From assembly GCF_006345805.1 (NCBI RefSeq), contig NC_043011.1:6014001-6078000 (forward strand): a stretch of DNA of 64,000 nt, given 5' to 3'. This document shows, one piece after another, positions 1-12,200 of this stretch. The position numbers and the translations under genes were made by a program. Under the pieces are notes generated by a model. That model saw only the letters and a list, made by a program, of their open reading frames with translations. It made no database searches and was not told the origin of the DNA. The stretch's first letter is position 1. Each line of letters opens with the position of its first letter. The DNA comes from Octopus sinensis. Taxonomy: Eukaryota.

Positions 1-1173
1 GGTGACTGGCTTGGTCATTCTGATAATTTTATATTGTGATCGACAATCCATTTTTTGGTAGACTTTGCCGTGTTCTTAGGGTTGTTATCCTGTTGTAAAA
101 CCCACCCTTCACAAAGCTGGAGCTTTTCTACAGAGTCCCATAAATTATTGCTCAAAATATTTTGGTACATCTCTGCATTCATTCTACCATCTATCACATG
201 TAAATTGCCAGTACCATTTGCAGAGAAACACCCCCACACCATGATGTTGCCACCTCAAACTTTATGGTAGGAATTGTGTTTTTGGCGAATAGGCAGTACA
301 TCTTTCCTAAACATGGCTACGTGAATTTCTTCCAAACAATTCAATTTTCGACTCGTCTGTCCATAGAACATTTTCCCAGAATGTATCAGGTTTTCTTTAT
401 GTTCATAAACAAATTTTAAACGGGCATCTCTATGCCTTTTAGTCAACAGCGGAGTTTTTCTAGGAGAGTGTGACTTCAGTTCATTCCTATAAAGTTCATT
501 GCTGATTGTTCATAGTGTAACACTAGTGCCTGAAGCTAACAAATCTTCTTACAACTCCTTTCTGGTGATCATTGCGTTTTTTTTCGATTCTTCACTTCAT
601 TTTTCTTAAAGATCTAGGGGAAATCTTGCATGGTGCACTGGATCATATTCTGTTTTCAACAGTTCCTGATTTTTTATATCTTTGAATAAATGAAGATATG
701 GTAGAAAATGGAATACAAAGGGTCTCTGATATTTTCCTGTAACTTTTACCTGCTTTCCACTGTTCAATAATTAAGTTTTTCACTGTATTTGTGAGTTTTT
801 TACTTTTCACCATTATTACGATACTACTTTATGTTGTCTCAGTGCTGAATGAAGAAGCTAGCGTTTTGACACTTAAAAATGACAACTGATAAGATTATTG
901 GAACAAACAAGAAAGTTCTAGTAAAAAAAAATTATTTTAACAGTATTTTGTGGCTTAGAAAATCATAAATTTATTCTGTACGAATACTTTTTTCATCCCT
1001 AAATATTTATAATTGTATATAAATTCCTTAATAACTATAATTTATTAGTTTCTTTTGCATATTCTTAGTTTATGCATGTGTATGCAAATATAGTATTGGT
1101 ATATCCCATTTATATTCATTAGAAATTAGATAAATAAAGAATTTTGACATGTACGAATATTTATTTCCCCCCA

Positions 1174-1176
<3 letters not shown>
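1..1176 (-). mobile_element. Tc1-like DNA transposon (left end and decayed transposase; runs off the window edge)
   Basis: Minus strand from ATG at 813 reads MVKSKKLTNTVKNLIIEQWKAGKSYRKISETLCIPFSTISSFIQRYKKSG (HTH), then RHRDARLKF (255-446) and MVWGCFSANGTG..QQDNNPKNTAKST (15-242, DDE). Stops and frameshifts are present. The terminus reads TA-CAGTGGGGGGAAATAAATATT on the minus strand at 1176-1178. Confidence 0.9.
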
Positions 1177-1210
<34 letters not shown>

Positions 1211-1214
1211 ATAA

Positions 1215-1345
1215 ACAGGTGATGAGGAAAGCACCGGCACAGTTGCAGGAATTGATGTACCTAAAGAGACCCAGAACGGGTCAAAACATGTGCTGTACCA
1301 AATAAAGTCTATTACACATTCCATTTTCTATTTTATTAATACAGT
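1215..1345 (+). mobile_element. Penelope-like pLTR remnant with a degenerate hammerhead motif
   Basis: gtac-CTAAAGA-GACCC agaac GGGTC-AAAAC-ATGT at 1257-1291, then AATAAA at about 1301; embedded in (TA)n. Confidence 0.5.
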
Positions 1346-1844
1346 TACTATATATATATATATTTACACATCCCATACATACATCATATATATATATATA
1401 TAATATATATATATATAATATATATCATCCTCATCATCATCATCGTTTAGCGTCATATATATATATATGTATGTATGTATGTGTATATATATATATATAT
1501 TATATATAATATATATATTATATATATATAATATATATATATATAATTATATATATATATGATATATTATATACATACAAGATACATATCTATATATATG
1601 ACGCTTATATATGATGATGATGATTATGATATATATAGATATATATATATATATATATACATATATATATAGTACAAATTAAGATAGGGGTTATGGGTGT
1701 AACCCACTATGGGATATCATTTATCCAATATACTGTTGGTAAAGTACCCAAATTCTTAATACATAAATGTTTTTAATTGCAATGCAATTAAGTCATTGAT
1801 TGTATTAAATGGGTGAAGGTAAAGAAATATTTTTACCAAAAATT

Positions 1845-1996
1845 TATAATACAAATAAGAAAATGGAGAAACAAATTCAGTTTGTTCATCAACTTAGGGA
1901 TCTCATTTGCAAAATGTAAAATGATGAAATAATCTAACATTTTAATATCCATAAGTTGATGAAAAAACTGAATTTGTTTCTCCCTTTTCTTATTTG

Positions 1997-2003
<7 letters not shown>
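1845..2003. repeat. Inverted repeat / foldback, about 52-bp arms
   Basis: tataatacaaataagaaaatggagaaacaaattcagtttgttcatcaactta (1845-1896) is the near reverse complement of 1952-2003. Similar sequence occurs at about 17187-17230. Confidence 0.85.
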
Positions 2004-2027
<24 letters not shown>

Positions 2028-2170
2028 CTTTATTTAAAGTAGCAGAAAATTCAACAAAACCTGTTACTCTGAGTTTCCCGTTGCCGTTCATCGGACAGTT
2101 GTTTGCTAGAACGGCAACGTGAAAATCAGAGTAACAGGTTTAGTTGAATTTTCTGCTGCTTTAAATAAAG
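2028..2170. repeat. Hairpin element (about 62-bp arms, 19-nt loop) overlapping a hammerhead-like motif on the minus strand
   Basis: Arms 2028-2089 and 2109-2170. The minus strand of 2067-2098 region reads CTGT-CCGATGA-ACGGCAACGG-GAAAC-TCAGA-GTA-ACAG. Confidence 0.75.
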
Positions 2171-2356
2171 CATATTACTCTACCACTGGTATTTGAGTAC
2201 TCTTTTTTTCCACCTTGTTTCACATTTATGTGTTTACTCCGGTATATATATTAATATATATAATATATATATATAGATATATATATATATAATATATATA
2301 ATATGTATATATATAGATATTATATATATATATATATATAGATATATGTATATATA

Positions 2357-2392
<36 letters not shown>

Positions 2393-2424
2393 TGTATGTA
2401 TTATGTATGTATGTATGTATTATG

Positions 2425-2690
2425 TATCATCATCATCATCCTCATCATTTAATGTCCACTTTCCATGGTAGCATGGATTGGACGATTTGACTGAGGGCTG
2501 GCAAATCAGATGGCTGCACCAGGCTCCAGTCTGATCTGGCAGAGTTTCTACAGCTGGATGCCCTTCCTAACACCAACCACTTCAAGAGTGTAGTGAGTGC
2601 TTTTACATTCCACTGACATGGGCCAGTCCAGTGACACTGGCAACATCCTCGCTCAAATGCTTTTTCACGTGCCACCAGCACGGAAGCCAA
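2425..2690 (-). mobile_element. RTE LINE 3' UTR fragment with (GAT)n tail
   Basis: Reverse complement of the 3' end of the RTE at 13600-13752 (ggttggcgttaggaagggcatccag motif). Confidence 0.85.
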
Positions 2691-2748
2691 TGTATGTATG
2701 TATGTATGTTTGATATATATATATATAATATATTATATATATATATTA

Positions 2749-2799
<51 letters not shown>

Positions 2800-2884
2800 T
2801 ATGTATGTATGTATGATGTATGTATGTATATATATATAATATATATATATATACCTCTGTGTGTGTGTGTGTGTGTGTGTGTGT

Positions 2885-3890
2885 CCTGTGATTTGGAGCA
2901 GGCTTTCAACAGCATACTGAGACCTGGAATGTGGGTCCCGTTCCAATTGTCCCAACTGTTTTACATACCTCATCCAGGCCCTACATGATGGAATGTTCTG
3001 GCTGGCTCATAGTCAAGAATAGTCTCATAGTCAATTACGACTGGCCTGAAGCAAGAATGCATCCTCACTCCCATTCTGTTTTCTCCTCTACCTTAGTGCC
3101 ATGATCCTTGAGATCCCTGATCAAGCTCCTATGTAGACATCAACAACAGAATTGATGAAGGACTTTTCAGCATTTCTCACTTCAGAGCTTCTCAACTGAC
3201 CACCTAGGCCAAGGGGCACAAGCTGCAGTATGATGATGACAATGACAATCATGTGCACTCGTTTTCCAGTCTTCAGAAAGGATACCCCCACTTGCAAGTT
3301 CCAAATAAAAAGACCATTTCTATACAGTGAAGTAGAAAAGGAATCACAACCAGGAAAATGTGTATACCTGCTTTTGTCTAGTCACAACCATAATGAAGAT
3401 GAAGATTCTTGCACAGGGAGCCCTTAGTCGACCTCACTCTGACACCAGTGACATAAGGCTACTTGGTGCTGTCCTGGAAACTGTGGGGGTTTACCCATGA
3501 CTCGGAAGCTACCATTTAGAAAGACATCAACAATAGGATCTGCGCGTCCCATACTGCTTTTGGAAGACTCTTGAAATAGGTCTTCCTAAACCATGACCTC
3601 ACCCTCCAAACAAAAATCCTGGTACTCTGAGCCTTCAAACTTTCCCCCTTCCTCTACGGCTGTGAAACAAGGGTGTTGTATTGATGAGACTTGAAGTAAA
3701 TCAAACACAAACTTCAAGTAATCATAAGGATTTAATGGAAGAACTATATTACCAATGATGAGGTTTTGCTCATGGCCGAACTGCCCAACATTGAAGTTAC
3801 CATGGCATGACACAGTCTCCGCTGGTCTGGACAGATCATACATATGCCTCATATGAATATGAGCAATTAGCTCTGAGTAAGTTATGAGTG
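2885..3890 (+). mobile_element. Decayed RTE (BovB-like) reverse transcriptase fragment
   Basis: Frame-broken peptides DLEQAFNS, IQALHDGM, GLKQECILTPILFS, TKILV..LYGCET, ITNDEVLLMAELPNIE, LRWSGQI. Confidence 0.7.
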
Positions 3891-4019
3891 GTTCCCCATA
3901 TTTTCAGTTGTTCAGTGGCTCAATTGATAACATTGAAACTTAAACGCACCCAAATACATATCTGAAACAGCTGTAAGCCTATGATAAATAAACAGATGTA
4001 TATAACCCATTCTCTCTCC

Positions 4020-4175
4020 ATTTTTTTACCTCTTAATCCTTTCTATCAAAGAGCATAGGCTCGAAATGTAAAAAGCTTTTCTATTCTTCTCAAGCATTAA
4101 ACTAATACACCTGCTTGGTGGTCTTACACCTGCTTGGTGGTCTTACACCTGTCTTAATCTTTTGTCTTCTATAAA
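4020..4175 (+). mobile_element. Degenerate copy of the hammerhead-bearing family seen at 22057-22571
   Basis: cttt-CTATCAA-A-GAGCATAGGCTC-GAAAT-GTA-AAAAG at 4039-4075; downstream actaatacac..cacctg resembles the 22190-22230 tract. Confidence 0.55.
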
Positions 4176-4339
4176 TTTGAACTATATATCATGGCTGGTT
4201 GCTGACATATTTTTCCACTTTGTATGGACATTTTATCCTGTCTCTGCTGTTCTATCAGTGTTTGTGTATTTGAAAATCACGTTTCGATGGAAACTGAAAG
4301 AAGCCCATTGTACATATGTGCGTGCGTGTGTGTGTATGT

Positions 4340-4635
4340 GTAGGTGTGTGTATGTGTGTGTTTGTGTGTTTCCTCTACCAACCACTGTACACATGACAAC
4401 TAGTGTTGGTTTGTTTACATCCCTGTAACTTAGCAGTTCAACAAAAGAGAACTGATGCAATAAGAACCAGTCTTAAAAGAGAAAGTTCTGAGGTCCACTC
4501 ATTTGACTAAAAACTCTTTAAGGCAGTGGTGCCCCAGCATGGCCACAGTCTGATGACTGAAACGAGTACTTCAAGGCAGTGGTGCCCCAGCATGGCCACA
4601 GTCTAATGAGTGAAACAAGTAAAAGATAAAAGATA
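4340..4635 (+). mobile_element. 3' half of a tRNA-headed SINE with a duplicated tail
   Basis: Matches the 3' part of the 13770-14188 family. aggcagtggtgccccagcatggccacagtct occurs twice (about 4520 and 4574). Confidence 0.75.
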
Positions 4636-5009
4636 AGAAATATTCAAAAGGGTTAGTTACCCGGTGATGGCCTCCTTGACTTGGATTGTCCTCTTCTGCC
4701 ATACACAATGGACTTGTGTCTGATGTAATAATTGTGTGATCCGGCCCAAGCCAGACAGGATCAAGTCATCAGCCAGGGATTACCAGGGAAATTAGGATCT
4801 CTGAGTTGACCTCCTCCACACTCCCGCCACTATTGATCAATTTGATCAGAGCCAACCAAATCTATACAACAACAGCGACAACAGGAACAAACATACGGAT
4901 TGAAATAACTGAAGAAGGATCAACGTTTCCTGGTTGTTATTTCTCTCCCACTTCACTGCATAGAAATGGCCTTTTTATTTGGAATTTGCAAGTGGGAATT
5001 TCCTTTCGT

Positions 5010-5151
5010 AGTTTTAAGCCATCATTGTCATCGTCATCATCATCGCTGTTGTTGTTATTGTCATTGTCGTCAGCACCATCATCACTAACACCAACGCTGT
5101 CATCATCATCATCATCACCATTATCATCATGATAATCATCATCATCATCAT

Positions 5152-5187
<36 letters not shown>

Positions 5188-5395
5188 TGTCATTATAGAC
5201 ATTGCTGTCAGCACCATCATCACTAACACCAACGCTGTCATCATCATCATCATCACCATTATCATCATGATAATCATCATCATCATCATGATAATCATCA
5301 TCATCATCATCATAATCATCATTGTCGTCGTAGACATTGTTGTCATCACCATCATCATCACTATCACCATCATGACGATGACCACCACCACCATT

Positions 5396-5458
<63 letters not shown>

Positions 5459-5460
5459 GT
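5010..5460. repeat. Imperfect (ATC)n microsatellite array with an internal block duplication
   Basis: (ATC)n runs; gtcagcaccatcatcactaacaccaacgctgtcatc occurs at about 5069 and 5207. Confidence 0.9.
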
Positions 5461-5624
5461 TTCATATCCATTTTCCATATTAGAATAGGTCGGACTAGTT
5501 GTTGCTGATCTCCAAGTCAGTTCTTATTCGGAGTTTCTGACTTCTTTGACCATGTCACAGAACTCGTATGTGCTCCTTCGTAGAAAGCAAATAGAAGGGA
5601 GCACATGATGTATCATCATCATTG

Positions 5625-5830
5625 TCATCATCATCATCATCATCATCATCGTTTAATGTCTGTTTTCCACACTGGCATCGGTTGAAGAACAGTTTGAGAA
5701 GGCCTGACAAGTCGCATATTGAGCTGTGGTGTTACCTTTGATATGGTTTTCACTGCTGGACACCCTTCTTAAGGACAACCACTTTACAGCATGTGCTGGC
5801 GCTGTTTTCCATGCCACCAGATCTGGTGAG
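5625..5830 (-). mobile_element. Diverged RTE-type 3' tail
   Basis: (CAT)n-cgtttaatgtctgttttcc and ctggacacccttcttaaggacaaccac resemble the RTE 3' end. Confidence 0.6.
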
Positions 5831-5969
5831 GTCACCAAATATGTTGCAAGACAAGAAAGGAAGAGAGAAAAAAAGGAAAAAGGTCCCCTCAAGAGGGGAG
5901 GGAAAACATGAAGGCAAGGAAGTGTTAGAAGCATGATACATACATCCATTTATATATAATATATATATA

Positions 5970-6023
<54 letters not shown>

Positions 6024-6024
6024 A

Positions 6025-6230
6025 ATTAATCCAACATGAACACAAAGAGAAAACACAACACATGCGAGACGTGGAACAAGTATAAGTATTATTGGACGCT
6101 CAGGAAAGAAGAAAGAAGGAGGGTTTAACGTTTCGAGCGGGGCTCTTTGTCAGAAACATAGGAAAAGGAAAGATCCAAAGAAGAGAAGACGGAGGAAAAA
6201 AATCACCAATGGTACACATGCGGTCACACA
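6025..6230 (-). mobile_element. Penelope-like short element embedded in (TA)n
   Basis: Non-coding unit between TA microsatellites that carries the hammerhead motif at 6123-6157. Confidence 0.6.
6123..6157 (-). ncRNA. Minimal Type I hammerhead ribozyme motif (G8>A variant)
   Basis: GTTT-CTGACAA-A-GAGC ccc GCTC-GAAAC-GTT-AAAC: stem I GTTT/AAAC, stem II GAGC/GCTC, palindromic ACGT stem III. Confidence 0.65.
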
Positions 6231-6539
6231 CAAGCATGTATACGTGTATATATATATATATATTACGGGGATATACTTGCATAGCAAGTGATCTGATCTA
6301 CAATCGTGTGTTGGAACAAAAACAATTGCAGCGTGGAAAGTGTTTATAAGCCATTTAGGAAACACACATTTCTGAGAGGCAGCACAGAATTTTGTCAGTG
6401 AACAGGTCGTGGTCACAAAGTGATGAAAATATTTTGGCAAATTAAATTTAAATGTTGAAGTGAATCTAACGGTTTTTGTTTGTCTTAAATGGCTTTTAAA
6501 CACCTTCCACGCTGCAATTATTATATATATATATGTATA

Positions 6540-6600
<61 letters not shown>

Positions 6601-6769
6601 ATATATTATATATAAATAAATACACATATATTCATATACGCAAACATGCATACGAGCTCTGGTCAATAAATATCTGGACTGTTCTTCTCCATATTCCTTG
6701 CTGTCCCATCAATTAACTGTTGATCCATTGAATAAAGTTCTGGGGAGACCTGCAACCAGCAGAACTGAG

Positions 6770-7115
6770 AAACACATCGCAGATGTGCATGCAGCTGTGA
6801 GGGGAAATCATTGAATCACAATCCATGAGTTATCAGAGGATGTGCAGATTAGTTACAGTTCAACTCTGTCCATTATCACTGAAGATTTGGGTATGAGACG
6901 CATGTCTGCCAAGCTTGTGCTAAAACTGCTTTCAGCTGACCAAAAGGACCCTCGGGTTTCAGTTGCACAAGATCTTGATTGAATTGAGAACGATGAAAAC
7001 TTTCTGAAAACTTTGCATTCTAATATCTTCATTGTTCCAAATATGGTGTCTGAGGTTTTTGTTCCTCCAGGGGTACAGTTGATTGTATCTTTACTATCAG
7101 ATAATTTCAGGAAAA
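6770..7115 (+). mobile_element. Mariner transposase remnant
   Basis: IADVHAAV..TIHELSEDVQIS..IITEDLGMRRMSAKLVLKLLSADQK..ENDENFLK, then a deletion to EVFVPPG. Confidence 0.65.
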
Positions 7116-7139
7116 GTGCATTGAACAGAATCTTGCCCT

Positions 7140-8700
7140 ATATCATTACCTTGTTGATTTAAGCAAAGTATTCGATACTGTTAATCGAAATTGCCCAGAA
7201 AAATTTGTGAACATGATCAAGGCTTTGAATCAAGATATGAAGGCTAGAGTTAATTTTGGTGTCAGGTTCTCTGAATCTTTTGCCATGGAAAATGGAGTAA
7301 AGCAAGTGATGCACCCACCCTCTTTGCAATATACTTTGCTGTTGTGTTGTCACATGCTTTTTGAAACTCCAAGTGGGGTATTTACATAAAATATCGAACA
7401 ACAGGGAATGTTTTTAATCTGATCAGACAGAAATTCAAAACAAAAGTCTTTACTTCACTCATCAGTGAACTTTTATATGCTGACGATTGTGATCTAGTCA
7501 GTCACTCTGAACTGGGCCTGCAATCTCTTGTATCTGCATTTGACTCAGCTTGTGGTGATTTGGGTTTGACCATCAACTTGAAAAAAACTGTTGTAATGTA
7601 TCAACCTGCACGTGGTGCTGTTTGTAACCCACCTAAAATTTTTGTAAATGGTAAATTACTTGAGGTTATTGAGTCTTTTATCTACCTCAGAAGATCTACA
7701 AAATAATGGAAATCTGGACACAGAAATACATCTGTGAATTCAAAGGGCAGCACAAGCATTTGGTGGTTTGGGGTCATGTGTTTAGCACCAGCAACATATA
7801 AATAACAATACAAAATTGTCTCTTTATGAATCGTTTGTCTTGCCATCCTTGTATTCTTCTGAAACATGGATGTGTTATGAAAGACATTTCAAATTGTTTG
7901 AACGATTCCACCAAAAGTGCCTTCACTGCATTTCAAACATTAAATGGGGCTTTTTTTTTTATTCCAGATACAGATAACTTTGTGTCTGCAGGCATCACTT
8001 CAATTAAATGAATGATTCTGAAAAATCAAATGCGATGGTCTGGCCATATTGTTCGAATGGTGGATAAACACACAACCAAACAGCTGTTTTATGGCGAGCT
8101 TGCAGAAGGAAATGTAATTGGTGTAAACCTAAAATAAGGTTTAAGGACGGCATAAGGACTACCATGAAGTCACTTGGAATGAATCCAAAGGCCATAGAAA
8201 CCCTTATTTTGGATTGAGCCGGTTGGCGAACAAAAGTGTGGAGTGGAGTAAAAGTGTTTGAGGAGGCCAGGATAATACATGCCAGGCTCAAGAGAGATTT
8301 GAAGAAGAGTGTTGCAATCGAAAAGGTGAACCTTAGTGACCATTTGTGTGCACAGTTTGTGACAGATCATGCGCTTTCTTTTGCTGAGCACAAATCTCAT
8401 TTGAGAACCCATGAAAAACGAACCTCCAAAAACTATTCTGCCTATATATCTGTGCGTACCTTTCAATGCCGTGTATGCCACAAGGTCTGAAAATCTAACG
8501 GAGGCCACAAAAGATATTTTAAGAGCCACAAAGACCAGAACTTAACTGCAGCTCTTGGTTGTCCAAATCAGATATGCAATCTATGTGGGTGTCTTTGCAA
8601 TGCATTGTCTGGTTTAAAAAGCCACAGCAGATGCCATGACGGACCTAAGGTGTAAGTACAAGACGTGGTCAGAGCCTGTATGAGGAGTAGACAACCATCA
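7140..8700 (+). mobile_element. Decayed RTE (BovB-like) LINE, RT to C-terminus
   Basis: KVFDTVNR, FVNMIKALNQDMKARV, ENGVKQ, ELLYADDCDL, LGLTINLKKT, MRWSGHIVRM; C-terminal CxxC..H motifs at about 8460-8640. Confidence 0.85.
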
Positions 8701-8748
8701 TATATGTGTGCGTATGTGCTTGTGTGTGTGTATAGATATACATATATA

Positions 8749-8779
<31 letters not shown>

Positions 8780-8787
8780 GTATGTAT

Positions 8788-8839
<52 letters not shown>

Positions 8840-9269
8840 TATAAAATTAAGGATAAAATCACTTTAATGATTTTATCAAGTGGTCAGCATGAATTAAAAA
8901 CCTTACGGAAAACAATTTATACTAATTTATAATTATATAACATAATTATATCAAGGGTATGGATAAACCTCATGAACATGCTAGAAATAGACACCAAATA
9001 GCTCTAAAAACAACATCTATATTCCGTTAGTACAGGATTTACTTTGGTATATTGTACTGAAGATAGCAATGAGTTTTACAGCCCTAAGCCAAAAATCAAT
9101 CTACAATTGTCAAATTCCCTCACACCGCTTATTGTCACGTGTCCCTTGACCTCTCTCTCTAACTAACCCTATCTCTCTCTCTCTATGTCCCCCCTTCCCA
9201 TAACCATCATCGCCATGGTTCTCTATGCCCCCCCCCTTCCCAAAACCATCATCGCCATATATAAAAGAG

Positions 9270-12200
9270 CGATCGCATTTATCGTTAACCCCACTCGCTT
9301 CAAAATATCTAAAGAATACGCACAGATCATGAATGGCTAAAAGTTAAGTGAATCGTCCAACCTCGCTACGACTACCTTCTTTCTTGCACTTATTCTTATT
9401 CTTCTCTATTCTTCAATTTCCATCTCATTGTATTGTCCCTCATTCTTTCAGTATTCCCTCATTACCCTGTCTAGCTCAAACATTTTTTTCGTTTAGACTT
9501 GTCTACAGGTTCATAGCCACTCTGATTTTTCAATTTTTCGTTTAGTGTTGTCTCCCGATTCATACAAACCCATTTGCTAGCTCATACGATTAACAGAACC
9601 TCTTACTCAGACACGGTGCACCCGCCCTCCACCCCCCCACCACGCATGCCGGAAGTTCCTTATACAAACCCATTTGCTAGCTCATACGATTAACAGAACC
9701 TCTTTACTCAGACACGGTGCACCCGCCCTCCCCCCCACCACGCATGCCGGAAGTTCTTATACAAACCCATTTGCTAGCTCATACGATTAACAGAACCTCT
9801 TACTCAGACACGGTGCACCCGCCCTCCCACCCCCACCACGCATGCCGGAAGTTCCTATTCTCTGCCATTCCGGGGTTGCTTCCCATGAAGACTGCAAATG
9901 TTCTCACCATCCCTACCCCTCCCTACCCCTAGTCTCGACCTATGTAAGGTAATGTTCATACAGTGCAAAATATGAAAGGCTAGCGTTATGCAGGTTGTAC
10001 TGAAGGCTACTTTACTACTTCATTTCTTGCACATGAATTCTGCCAAATGCGAGCTTCTTTTCAGGTACACGAAGCTACTGTCCACCGTCCCAGGGTCTCT
10101 AGAGCCCATGCCTCCCACACCCTCAGGGTTGGCACCCTCAACGTTGGCACTCTGAAAGGTAGGTCTGGTGAGATAGTCGAGATGCTTGAACGGAGATGTG
10201 TGGATATATGTTGCATGCAAGAAATAAGGTGGAGGGAGGATCAGCTAGGTTCCTCACAGGCAAGGAACGCAGGTACAAGATTTTCTGGGCAGGGAACACT
10301 GACGGGGTTGGTGGCGTGGGTATACTTATCGCTGAGAAATGGGTAGATAAAGTAATTGAGGTAATCAGAGTATGTGACAGAATACTTAAGATTAGATTAG
10401 TGCTTCATCATAGTTTAGCAACCATTATATCAGCCTATGCTCCTCAGTCGGGGCTACCCGATGGACAGAAAGACCGATTCTATGACACTCTACTGCAGAC
10501 TACCTCGTTGACGAACGACAGAGACCTTATCTTTGTGGCTGGTGACTTCAATGGTCACGTTGGACGACATGCTGGGGGCTTCCATGGCGTACATGGAGGC
10601 TATGGCTATGGCTCCCGCAACGAGGAGGGAACCAGGCTGCTGGAGTTCTGCGATGCAAATAATCTTATGATTTGCAACACTAACTTCAGGAAACCTACCA
10701 GCCACCTAGTCACTTACCAATCGGGCCAACATACCAGCCAAATTGACTACATCCTTACAAGGCAGAGGGAGAGATGCTGTATAAATGCCAAAACCTTCCC
10801 AGGTGAAGAATGTACCCCACAACATAGACTGGTAGTTAGTGACTTTAGGATCAGGACTAGGAGGACAACCAGAAGACGACAATATGGAGAAGAAGGATCT
10901 GGAAGCTTAAAGATCCTGCAAATGGACAGAGATTTAGGGACATATTACTTGAAGCCTCTGACGAAGTAGAAGGGGATAGAGCATCACAGGGGTAGAAGAC
11001 AGCTGGACGTTTCTAAGGGACAACCTGCTGAGAGCCACTGACCAGATCTGTGGCTGGTGCAAAGTCCCCTCTCGACCTAGAATAACGTGGTGGTGGAACA
11101 ATATTGTAGACAGGGCTATTAGAGAAAAGAGACAGGCTTGGAAGGTCTGGAAAAATGGGGGGTAGCAGGGGATTGTATCAGACTGCCAAAAGAGAAGCTA
11201 GGAGACAGGTTTATTTAGCCAGAGGGGAAGCAGATAAGAAAAAATTTGCCAATGTTCTGCGCCGTGAGGACCAAAGACTGGAGGTGTTTCGTGTTGCAAG
11301 ACAGTGTGTGAGAGAGAATCGTGATGTGGTAGGAGAGAAGTGTGTTCGCATGGAAGATGGTTCACTTGCGCTAAATGAGGATGCAAAGAGAGAGGTTTGG
11401 AGATGCCACTATGAAAGGTTGCTGAATGAAGAAAATGAATGGGATAAAGAGAGTCTGCCGAATGTTGACCCAACAGAGGGACCAGCTATCCGAGTTGATA
11501 GTTCCGTGGTAGCTAAGGCAATTAGAAGCATGAAGACAGGGAAAGCCCCAGGCCCATCAGGAATCACTGCAGAGATGCTCAAAATGTCTGGTAGTGTCGG
11601 CTATAGCCTAGTCACCCGTATAGTTAATCAGGTGATACACAAAGGGGTCATACCCAATGACTGGTGTAGCAGTATAATAGTCAACTGCTACAAAGGTAAA
11701 GGTGATGCCCTAGATACAAATAACTACAGAGGTATCAAGCTGTTGGACCAGGTGATGAAGGTTACGGAGAGGGTCATAGCCCAACTAATTAGAGAGAGAG
11801 TTAGTTTAGATGAGATGCAGTTTGGGTTTGTGCCAGGGAAAAGTACTACTGATGCTATATTCCTGGTAAGGCAGCTGCAGGAGAAATACCTAGCCAAAGA
11901 TAAGCCCCTGTACCTGGCTTTTGTTGACATGGAGAAAGCCTTCGACAGGGTCCCCCGATCCCTTATCTGGTGGGCAATGAGGAAAACTAGGGATAGATGA
12001 ATGGTTAGTGAGAGCTGTGCGGGCCATGTACAGGGACGCCGCTAGTAGGGTGAGGGTTGGAAATGTGTACAGTGAAGAATTCCGGGTAGAGGTAGGAGTC
12101 CACCAAGGCTCAGTACTCAGCCCTCTCCTATTTATCATAGTCCTCCAGGCAATAACGGAGGAATTCAAGACAGGATGACCTTGGAGCTCCTCTATGCTGA

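Noticed and set aside
1845-2003. Hammerhead in the first inverted repeat
   Set aside because: TGATGA and GAAAC halves lie on opposite strands of the same stem; there is no complete core on one strand.
4550-4563. CTGATGACTGAAAC as a hammerhead core
   Set aside because: No room for stem II; it is a variant of the SINE tail cagtcaaatgactgaaac.
5014-5488. Poly-Met / poly-Ile ORFs
   Set aside because: Translation of (ATC)n microsatellite; stop-free by composition.
8440-8655. Host C2H2 zinc-finger gene
   Set aside because: Contiguous with the RTE C-terminus, frame-broken, with no exon signals.
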